Made by a program: the position numbers and the translations under genes. A DNA stretch of 24,000 bases, taken from the NCBI RefSeq assembly GCF_004116335.1, contig NZ_PDKN01000008.1, forward strand, positions 75,288 through 99,287, given 5' to 3'. This DNA is from Candidatus Marinarcus aquaticus. GTDB taxonomy: Bacteria; Campylobacterota; Campylobacteria; Campylobacterales; Arcobacteraceae. The notes under the pieces are model-generated. The model had not been told where the DNA came from, ran no database searches, and saw nothing but the letters and a program-made list of their open reading frames with translations. Below, one piece after another: positions 9,896 through 17,379 of this stretch (position 1 is the stretch's first letter; the number at the start of each line of letters is the position of its first letter).

Positions 9896-10656
9896 CGTTT
9901 GAAAAACTCATAAAAAAAGAGCTGGAACAAAACAGTTCAGATATCTTTCCTTTGATTTTTGAAGACCAAAAATATTGGGTTAAACAAGCACGTGCTACTC
10001 AATCGTCGAGTCTTCATAAGTTTTATTACTTTCTGTTTCCTTTTGAAGTATTGCTTCCCGTTAAAGCTAAAACTGCACAAGAGGCACTGCAATTTGAAAC
10101 CAACAAATTAAAACAGTTTAATGAACTGGGAATCACCACTCCTCATATTGCCTACCAAGATGAGCATGTTTTTGCTTTAGAAGATTGTGGAAAAAACATC
10201 AACTCTTTTATTCGAAAAAGAGATATCTCAAAAGAGCGTATGTACTTTTTTATTGATGCATTGCTTGAGACATTGGCAAAAATTCATAACAATGGACTTT
10301 TTCATGGTGGAGCTCAAGCACGTAACTTTACGTTTAAAGATGACAAGGTGTATGTCATTGATTTGGAAGACAGTTTTGAAGAGAGTATTGATTTAGAGCT
10401 TCTGCAGTTTCGAGACCTCTTGTTACTGTTGCTTTCTTTGACAAAAACGCGTGCGAGTTTTGATATGGATTATGAGTATGTGATTGAGAAGTATATTGCG
10501 CTTACAAACAACAGTTCATTTAAAATGCGATTGAAACAGTTGGCTTCAAAGATTTCTTGGCTCTATTGTATCAGCCAAATTAAATGGGTTAAAAAACTCT
10601 TAGGACGTGATGTCAAAGGTTTTTTTAAATTAATCAAAGCATTAAAAGAGTTATAA
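9892..10656 (+). CDS. Lipopolysaccharide-kinase-like (Kdo/WaaP/RIO-like kinase fold) protein with an atypical catalytic loop
   Basis: About 254 aa from the ATG at 9892, which forms an ATGA overlap with the dgkA stop; the maximal ORF starts at 9865. The kinase-like C-lobe pattern 'LFHGGAQARNFTF..KVYVIDLEDS' resembles the 'HGDxxxxN ... IDF/LE' pattern of the LPS kinase / RIO / APH families. It lies between dgkA and a lipid head-group transferase in an LPS operon. The family assignment is by eye only. Confidence 0.55.
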   Translation: MTFEKLIKKELEQNSSDIFPLIFEDQKYWVKQARATQSSSLHKFYYFLFPFEVLLPVKAKTAQEALQFETNKLKQFNELGITTPHIAYQDEHVFALEDCGKNINSFIRKRDISKERMYFFIDALLETLAKIHNNGLFHGGAQARNFTFKDDKVYVIDLEDSFEESIDLELLQFRDLLLLLLSLTKTRASFDMDYEYVIEKYIALTNNSSFKMRLKQLASKISWLYCISQIKWVKKLLGRDVKGFFKLIKALKEL

Positions 10657-10657
10657 A

Positions 10658-12673
10658 ATGAAACAGCACAATACAATGATGAGTTTGATTCTGAACAGCT
10701 TTAAAAAGTTGATGTATGCGCATCTTTTCTTTTTAGTTATTATGTCGCTGTTTCGAGCCGTTTTTGTTTGGTATTATAACCCTTTAGAAAATATTTCAGA
10801 GTATACAAGTGATGTTATCCAGGCTTTTATCTTAGGATTTCGTCTGGATTTAACCGTGGTTGGGTATATTCAAGTCATACCTACACTGCTTTTAATTGCA
10901 CTTTATTACATTAAAAAAGAGCGTTTACTGCAATTTTTTAATCAACTTTTTGTGCTGTATCTGTTTGTTTGTTATGTGGCAGTGAGTCTCTTTTTAACGG
11001 CTGATTTTGGCTTTTATTCCTACTTTAAAGACCATATTAATATTATTTTCTTTGGTCTGTTTGATGATGACACCCATGCCTTGATGATTACTTTCTGGCA
11101 AAATTATCCGGTGGTATTGATACTCTCACTCTTTGTTTTATATGTAGTATTGATATTTGCCGTGGTTCGAAAAATATTTAAAAGTAACAATCGTATCATT
11201 CAAAGTTTTTTTGGACTCAAAATCTCTTTTTTAGTTTTTGCTTCGATTTTTGTACTGAACTTTTTAGCAGTACGAGGTACTGTAGGAATGTACCCTTTAG
11301 GAAAAATGATTCCAAACGTATCGACCAATGAGTTTATCAATAAAATCTCACACAATGGTTTCAGAGCATTTACCACAGCGTATGGAATACGAAAAGAGTA
11401 TTTAAAAAGAAAGTATGATTTGATTGAGGCCACAGGCTTTCATCACAATATTGAAAAAGCATTTGAGTTTTACAGTGCACCACAACCAATCAATAAAGAG
11501 AATCTGTTAAGTAACATTACACATACCACTCAAAAAGTCGATGATAAAGAGTATAACGTTATTGTCATCATGGTAGAGAGTTTTGGTATGCCTATTTTAA
11601 AATATCAAAGTGATGAGTTTAACATCTTGGGTCGATTAAAAAAGCATTTTGATGAGGACACACTGTTAACTAACTTTATCTCAGCAGGTGATGGTACCAT
11701 TTCAAGTTTGCAATCGCTTCTTTTAAACATACCGCAACGTCCAAAGTCATTTGCTTTCTCACAATCTATTTATAAACAGACTTCATTTACCTATTCACCT
11801 GCCTTTTTATTTAATGATGCTGGGTATGAGAGTACATTTGTGTATGGTGGAGATTTGACATGGAGAAACTTAGGCTCTTTTGTGAAGTATCAAGGGTATC
11901 AAAATATTGAAGGTAAAATCAATATTTACGAACACCTAACGAATAAAACAAAATCCAAAGAGGAGTACTTTCACCCGTGGGGAATTTTTGATGAGTATTT
12001 ATATGAACACATCTTTAATAAGTTAAAAAGCGATAAGAAACAGTTTATTGTGGCTTTAAGTACCAATAATCATCCTCCGTATAATGTACCCAATGATTAT
12101 GAAAGAAAATCATTGGTCTTTAATGAAAATATCAAACACCATTTAGTAGGTGACTTTGAGTTGGCACAACAACGTTTTGCTTCATATGCGTATGCCGTGG
12201 ATCAAGTGGGGGCATTTTTAGACAGGTTTAAAGCATCCCCTTATAAAGAGAACACCATCATTGCTATTACTGCAGATAACAATACCATTGATGGGATTAT
12301 GAAATATGATGACAATGAGTTGTTAAACTCCAAAAATATTCCATTGTATTTTTATATTCCAGAGTCTTTGAAAAAGAAATTACAGATTAATACAGAAGTG
12401 GCGGGTTCTCACAAAGATATTTTTCCAACATTGTATAACATGGCTTTAGATAATCAAGAATATATTTCTGTAGGGAGCAATTTGTTTGATGCCTCAAAAA
12501 AACATTATGGGTTTAATGGCTCTATGATTGTGAATCATGAGAACCAAATTGAGCAATTGCAAAGTTTAGAAACACAAACAAAGAGTGAGCTTTTGAATTT
12601 CTATAAAGCCAATTTAGCGATTACTCAATATCTGATCGATACGTATCACAAAGAACAAAAAGGAAGTAAATGA
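10658..12673 (+). CDS. LtaS/MdoB-like membrane transferase of the alkaline-phosphatase (sulfatase) superfamily (phosphoglycerol or phosphoethanolamine transferase)
   Basis: 671 aa. The N-terminal ~230 aa contain about 5 hydrophobic transmembrane segments. They are followed by an extracytoplasmic sulfatase-type domain with 'VIVIMVESFG' (metal-binding Glu), 'AGDGTISSLQS' (candidate Thr nucleophile), 'NNHPPY' and 'ITADN'. Confidence 0.8.
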   Translation: MKQHNTMMSLILNSFKKLMYAHLFFLVIMSLFRAVFVWYYNPLENISEYTSDVIQAFILGFRLDLTVVGYIQVIPTLLLIALYYIKKERLLQFFNQLFVLYLFVCYVAVSLFLTADFGFYSYFKDHINIIFFGLFDDDTHALMITFWQNYPVVLILSLFVLYVVLIFAVVRKIFKSNNRIIQSFFGLKISFLVFASIFVLNFLAVRGTVGMYPLGKMIPNVSTNEFINKISHNGFRAFTTAYGIRKEYLKRKYDLIEATGFHHNIEKAFEFYSAPQPINKENLLSNITHTTQKVDDKEYNVIVIMVESFGMPILKYQSDEFNILGRLKKHFDEDTLLTNFISAGDGTISSLQSLLLNIPQRPKSFAFSQSIYKQTSFTYSPAFLFNDAGYESTFVYGGDLTWRNLGSFVKYQGYQNIEGKINIYEHLTNKTKSKEEYFHPWGIFDEYLYEHIFNKLKSDKKQFIVALSTNNHPPYNVPNDYERKSLVFNENIKHHLVGDFELAQQRFASYAYAVDQVGAFLDRFKASPYKENTIIAITADNNTIDGIMKYDDNELLNSKNIPLYFYIPESLKKKLQINTEVAGSHKDIFPTLYNMALDNQEYISVGSNLFDASKKHYGFNGSMIVNHENQIEQLQSLETQTKSELLNFYKANLAITQYLIDTYHKEQKGSK

Positions 12674-13791
12674 AAATAGTTTATATATCACGCTCTATTA
12701 TTCCATCACGAACAGCAAATAGTATCCATGTGATGAAGATGTGCAATGCATTTGCTTCGTTGGGTCATGAAGTTACCTTATTGGCTCCTTGGACAAAAAA
12801 GCTTGAAGAAAAAGACATCACTGATATTTTTGAATATTATGGTGTAGAAAAAAATTTTGAGTTAAAAAAACTCTTTTCACCCAATATCAAGTATCTTAAA
12901 AAACGTATCTACTCTTTACGATGTCTGAGTGAAGTTAAAAAGATAAACCCTGATATTGTCTATGGACGAGATGATATGTTTGCATTTTATTTAACTCAAA
13001 AAAGTGGTTACTTTACTTTGTTTGAAAAGCATGAACCGTATGATGGGGAAGGTTTCAATGATTTCTTCTTTACTAAGTTTATGAATGCAAATAGAAAAAG
13101 TGCCAAGTTGGTTGTGAACTCCAATGAGCTAAGAAAGATGTACCACACTCGATGTGAACTCTCAATGGATTCAATTTTAGCAGCGAATAATGGTACGAAT
13201 CCCATTGCCGATGAAAAAATACCTGAAGGCATGACATTAGATACAAACAGAGTTCATATAGGATATGTAGGAAGCCTATTTAAAGGTAGAGGTATTGATA
13301 TCATCATTGAATTAGCAAAACGTATCCCAAGTGCTGATTTTCATATCATTGGTGGGAAAGATAAAGATTTAGAGTTTTGGAAGAGTCAAGTAAGCTTAGA
13401 CAATCTGATTTTCTATGGTTTTGTTGAACCTAAAGAGACTTATAAATACAGAAATATGTGCGATATTTTATTGGCACCGTATCAAAGTGATGAAGAGGGA
13501 AATCGTTCAAGTAGATATATGTCTCCTATTAAACTGTTTGAGTATATGTCTTCAAAAAAAGCGATTGTCTGTTCAAACTTTAAAGTGGTCTATGAAGCGT
13601 TGAATGATGAGTGCGCTATGCTTGTAGAGAGTTCAAACTTACAGCAGTGGGAAGAGGCTGTTCATACTTTGATGAATGATAAAGATAAAAGAGAACAACT
13701 GGCAATCAATGCGTATGAAAAGTTCTTGAAGTATCATACATGGCAAGCAAGAGCTCAAAAAATTCTTGAGTATATTGAATCAAACAGATGA
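12670..13791 (+). CDS. Glycosyltransferase family 4 (GT-B, group 1)
   Basis: 373 aa. It has the GT4 N-terminus 'MKIVYISRSIIPSRTANSIHVMKMCNAFASLGHEVTLL' and a C-terminal nucleotide-sugar-binding region 'SPIKLFEYMSSKKAIVCS' (EX7E-like). There is an ATGA overlap with the upstream gene. Confidence 0.85.
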   Translation: MKIVYISRSIIPSRTANSIHVMKMCNAFASLGHEVTLLAPWTKKLEEKDITDIFEYYGVEKNFELKKLFSPNIKYLKKRIYSLRCLSEVKKINPDIVYGRDDMFAFYLTQKSGYFTLFEKHEPYDGEGFNDFFFTKFMNANRKSAKLVVNSNELRKMYHTRCELSMDSILAANNGTNPIADEKIPEGMTLDTNRVHIGYVGSLFKGRGIDIIIELAKRIPSADFHIIGGKDKDLEFWKSQVSLDNLIFYGFVEPKETYKYRNMCDILLAPYQSDEEGNRSSRYMSPIKLFEYMSSKKAIVCSNFKVVYEALNDECAMLVESSNLQQWEEAVHTLMNDKDKREQLAINAYEKFLKYHTWQARAQKILEYIESNR

Positions 13792-14384
13792 TTGATTTAG
13801 ATAACTTAACGGCTATTGGTAAAGGAACAAATCGTACCTGTTATGCCTATCCTCAAAAGAGTGATTTATGTATAAAGGTCACTCACTCAAATGATTTTTC
13901 AGAGATGATAAAAGAGATAAAGTATTACAGATACTTGATGCAAAGAAATATCTCTTGGGAACACATCTCTTCATATCATGGCAGTATTGAAACAACAAAA
14001 GGTCGAGGGGAAGTCTTTGATTTAATCAAAGATTTTGACGGTGAAGTCTCTAAAACACTCTCATACTATTTGCAAAGTGATGAGTTGACTAAGAGTATTA
14101 TTAATCCCATTCCGTTACTCAAAGAGTTAAAAGAGTACACATTAAAAGAGTTGGTGGTCGTAAAAGATTTAAATACAAAGAACATGCTCTATCAAAAAGT
14201 CAGTGAACATGAAGCAAGATTGGTTTTGATTGATGGTGTATTGAACAATGACTATTTGCCATTTACAAAATATATTGACTATTTTACACGTAAAAAGATT
14301 CTACGGCTTTGGAATCGATTTGAAAACTCATTGCCTAAAAAGTATGAGTTTAACCTCTACTTTTTAGAGTTATTAAACGAGTAG
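13788..14384 (+). CDS. YrbL-family (PhoP regulatory network protein YrbL-like) kinase-fold protein, paralog A
   Basis: 198 aa. 'IGKGTNRTCYAYPQKSDLCIKV' matches the N-terminal signature of the YrbL family (G-x-G-xxR-x-CY-x-P ... IK). It also has 'EIKYYRYL', 'YHGSIETTKGRGEVFDLIKDFDGEVSKTL', the catalytic-loop-like 'KDLNTKNML' and the DFG-like 'LVLIDG'. There is an ATGA overlap with the upstream GT4. Confidence 0.75.
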   Translation: MIDLDNLTAIGKGTNRTCYAYPQKSDLCIKVTHSNDFSEMIKEIKYYRYLMQRNISWEHISSYHGSIETTKGRGEVFDLIKDFDGEVSKTLSYYLQSDELTKSIINPIPLLKELKEYTLKELVVVKDLNTKNMLYQKVSEHEARLVLIDGVLNNDYLPFTKYIDYFTRKKILRLWNRFENSLPKKYEFNLYFLELLNE

Positions 14385-15443
14385 TTCCAAATACTCATTT
14401 TTTTCACGTTCTGGCGCAAATATTTTTAGCGCTTTTTCGTGATTTTCTTGTGCCATTTTTTTCTCACTCTCAAGGTTTTGAGCGACACTTAAAAGCTCTT
14501 TTTGCAACTCTTGAACCGTATTTTCATGGGTTAAATGAATATGAAACCCCAAGGTTTTAAACTCAGGTGATGAGGTGTCATTGTAAATAATTGGAATGAG
14601 TCCAAATCCCAACGCTTCAATGATGGCATTACTCATCCCTTCTCCTAAGCTAGGGAATATAAAAACATCACTTTGTTGTAAATACTCTTTGACTTTGGTG
14701 GTGTACCCCACAAACTCAACATTTTGTTTTATATCTGAATCATCCAGATAGTTTTGCATTGTTTCTAAGTAGTTTTTATCTTGGATGTCTCCTAAGAACT
14801 TCAGCGTAAAAGGAATACTGTTTTGTGTTAAAATCTCACACGCTTTTATAGCTTCAAACTGTCCTTTCCCAGGGTGAACTCGTCCCACATGAATTAAGTC
14901 AAGATGTTTTGTATAGGCTTTAAAGTCAACCTCTTCTTGCAGTTTTAAAGAGGAGTAAATCCGAGTAACTTTTGCACTGTTTGCAATGGGTAAAATATCG
15001 ATGATATTTTGTTTCATGTAGTCGCAATTGCCAACGTATGTTTTCACATTGCTGTAAAAAAGTTTGTGTAAAAAATCTTTTTTAGAAGTGGTCTTTTTTG
15101 ACCCTTGTCTGATAATAAAGTTAATGTCCAATCCCAGTGTAGCAAAATAGAGAGATTTCATCTCTGATGCACCTAAGAAGATGATGTTTTTTATCTTGTT
15201 TTGTATGAGAATAGTACGAACTTGTTTGATAAGAGAGAAACTAAAGTTACTTGAAAAGTCAGCATAAAATGGAGTGATAGGATGGTTTTCAAAATGCTCT
15301 TTTCGTGATGCAATAAAGCCATCTTTTTTTCCAATAAAAAAGGTGTTTACATCACTGCTTAAAATTCTTGCCAGTTTCACTGAAGCCAATTCCATACCAC
15401 CATTAACGGGTGATAAGCAAATTATAGCTGTGTTTTGTTTCAT
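14373..15443 (-). CDS. Glycosyltransferase family 4 (GT-B, group 1); one of only two minus-strand genes in the window, the other being the partial ORF at the right edge
   Basis: 356 aa. It has the N-terminus 'IICLSPVNGGMELASVKLA', 'HVGRVHPGKGQ' and the EX7E motif 'GEGMSNAIIEALGFGLIPI'. It is paralogous to the GT4 at 16265-17371, sharing 'CLSPxxGGxEL' and 'K[KN]DFxHKxxY'. An AAGGGA RBS lies just upstream of the ATG on the minus strand. Confidence 0.85.
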   Translation of the reverse strand: MKQNTAIICLSPVNGGMELASVKLARILSSDVNTFFIGKKDGFIASRKEHFENHPITPFYADFSSNFSFSLIKQVRTILIQNKIKNIIFLGASEMKSLYFATLGLDINFIIRQGSKKTTSKKDFLHKLFYSNVKTYVGNCDYMKQNIIDILPIANSAKVTRIYSSLKLQEEVDFKAYTKHLDLIHVGRVHPGKGQFEAIKACEILTQNSIPFTLKFLGDIQDKNYLETMQNYLDDSDIKQNVEFVGYTTKVKEYLQQSDVFIFPSLGEGMSNAIIEALGFGLIPIIYNDTSSPEFKTLGFHIHLTHENTVQELQKELLSVAQNLESEKKMAQENHEKALKIFAPEREKNEYLELLV

Positions 15444-15531
15444 TCAATCCCTTTAAAAAAGCTGATTATATCGTATTTAAATTAAACTTATTATATAATA
15501 TTGGCTTATTATATTTAAAGGTATTTTTATT
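15444..15531. promoter_or_regulatory. Divergent intergenic promoter region between the minus-strand GT4 and the plus-strand GT2 operon
   Basis: This 88-bp AT-rich spacer is the only sizeable non-coding gap in the LOS locus. It has a TATAAT on the + strand at 15494-15499, 32 nt before the TTG start at 15532. It has a TATAAT on the - strand at 15465-15470, 21 nt upstream of the ATG at 15443. The direct repeat CTTATTATAT occurs at 15487-15496 and 15505-15514. No transcription data are available. Confidence 0.45.
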
Positions 15532-16278
15532 TTGAACATAACGGCTAATATTATAACACTCAATGAAGAGAACAATATTGAAGAGGTCATCAAATCAGTA
15601 CAGACTGTGTGTGATGAAGTTTTAGTAGTGGATTCATTGAGTTCTGATAAAACATGTGAGATTGCTGAGCGTTTGGGTGCGAAAGTGATACATCAAGCCT
15701 ATTTGGGAGATGGTCCACAAAAAGCATTTGGAGCTCCATTTGCAAAGAACGATTGGGTTTTAAGCATTGATGCAGATGAACGACTTGATACCAATGCAAT
15801 AAAAGCAATCAAACAACTAGATTTAGATAATACTCCTTATGACGCTTTCTCTTTTGCACGAAAAACATATGTTGGAAAAAACTTTATAAAGCTGTGGTAT
15901 CCAGACCGTGTAACACGTCTGTATAACCGACAAAAGTGCGCTTACTCTACCGCGAAAGGGCATGCAAAAGTAGAGACAGAGAATGTATTTGATTTAGAAG
16001 CTGATATGTTGCATTTCTCATATGAAAACTATGTGCATATGATTCGTACCACTGAAAAGTTTATCAAACGTGGAGCAGTGTTGGCATATGAAGATGGTAA
16101 ACGAGCCAACAAATTTGACCCTATTATTCATGGTATTGGCGCTTTATTTAAAACCTTGATTTTAAAAGGGGGTGCATTTCATGGTATTAATGGATGGAAT
16201 GTGGCAGTCATTTCGGCATTCAGTTCATACATGAAATACGCAGTGATGTTGGAGATGCAACAAAATGAGCAACAATAA
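15532..16278 (+). CDS. Glycosyltransferase family 2, WaaE/KdtX/LgtF-like LPS core glycosyltransferase
   Basis: 248 aa. It shows the GT2 (GT-A) pattern 'ITANIITLNEENNIEEVIKSV', 'VLVVDSLSSDKT', 'AERLGAKV' and the DXD motif 'LSIDADE'. The small single-domain architecture is like the core-acting WaaE/KdtX group. The start is TTG, with AAAGG 10 nt upstream. Confidence 0.8.
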   Translation: MNITANIITLNEENNIEEVIKSVQTVCDEVLVVDSLSSDKTCEIAERLGAKVIHQAYLGDGPQKAFGAPFAKNDWVLSIDADERLDTNAIKAIKQLDLDNTPYDAFSFARKTYVGKNFIKLWYPDRVTRLYNRQKCAYSTAKGHAKVETENVFDLEADMLHFSYENYVHMIRTTEKFIKRGAVLAYEDGKRANKFDPIIHGIGALFKTLILKGGAFHGINGWNVAVISAFSSYMKYAVMLEMQQNEQQ

Positions 16279-17371
16279 ACACATTTTAGAAGTGTGTCTT
16301 TCCCCTGACTTAGGTGGATTGGAGCTCTATATGAGCCGTTGTGCCAAAGAACTCTTGGCTACTTTTAACGTGACCAGTGTCATTGCATCTCGCTCTAAAC
16401 TTTTGGACTATTTTCACAATACCGATTTAGAGTATGAACAACTGAAAAGAAAGAGCAGTTTTTCTATTGTTGCTTCTATGAAATTGGCCAAAATTATTGA
16501 TAAAAAGGGTATTGACATCATCCATTTACATTGGACAAAAGATATTCCTATTGTGGTCTTTGCCAAACTCTTTTCAAAACGAAAACCTAAAATTGTGCAA
16601 ACACGACACATGACCATGACGCGGTTTAAAAATGATTTTTACCATAAGTTTTTATATCGACATATCGATACCATTTTGTGCGTGACGAAACAAGTAGAAC
16701 AACAAATACAAGCGTTTGTTCCTCAAGAGATTTGCCCTAAAACACAGACTTTGTATCTGGGTGCAAACAGCATGAAAATGCTCAGCAATCAAGAGATAAC
16801 GGCTTTTAAAGAGGAGTTAAATGTAGGTGATGCGTTTATGATTGGTTTGATTGGTCGAATAAATGAGTTTAAAGGTCAACACCTCTTGATTGAAGCACTG
16901 AAAATACTTAAAGCCAAACAGCTTAATGTTAAAGCCTATATCGTTGGTCATGCGATGAGTGAAACCTATCTTGAAAAACTCAAACAACACGTACATGAAA
17001 ATGAGTTGGAAGAGCAAATCACGTTTGTAGGGTTTACAAAAGAGCCTCAAAAGTTTATGCAAGCGTGTGATGTGGTGTTGATGACTTCTCGTAATGAAAC
17101 CTTTGGTTTGGTTACGATTGAAGCGATGAAGTGTGGTACAGCAGTTATTGGAGCAAATTCAGGTGGTGTACTAGAAATCATTGATGATGAAAAGTCGGGA
17201 TTACTTTTTGAAAGTGGCAATGCAGCAGATTTAGCAACTAAAATTGAGCAACTTTATAACAATGAAGATTTGAAAGAGAAGTTGGCATTTGCAGGGAAAC
17301 AAAAAGCGGACACCATGTTTGATAACAGTGTTCAGTTTGAGAAACTCAAAGATATATTTAAACAATTATAG
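16265..17371 (+). CDS. Glycosyltransferase family 4 (GT-B, group 1)
   Basis: 368 aa. It has 'LEVCLSPDLGGLELYMSRCA', 'GRINEFKGQ' and the EX7E motif 'ETFGLVTIEAMKCGTAVIG'. It overlaps the GT2 stop by 14 nt. Confidence 0.88.
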   Translation: MSNNKHILEVCLSPDLGGLELYMSRCAKELLATFNVTSVIASRSKLLDYFHNTDLEYEQLKRKSSFSIVASMKLAKIIDKKGIDIIHLHWTKDIPIVVFAKLFSKRKPKIVQTRHMTMTRFKNDFYHKFLYRHIDTILCVTKQVEQQIQAFVPQEICPKTQTLYLGANSMKMLSNQEITAFKEELNVGDAFMIGLIGRINEFKGQHLLIEALKILKAKQLNVKAYIVGHAMSETYLEKLKQHVHENELEEQITFVGFTKEPQKFMQACDVVLMTSRNETFGLVTIEAMKCGTAVIGANSGGVLEIIDDEKSGLLFESGNAADLATKIEQLYNNEDLKEKLAFAGKQKADTMFDNSVQFEKLKDIFKQL

Positions 17372-17379
17372 GATGCAGT

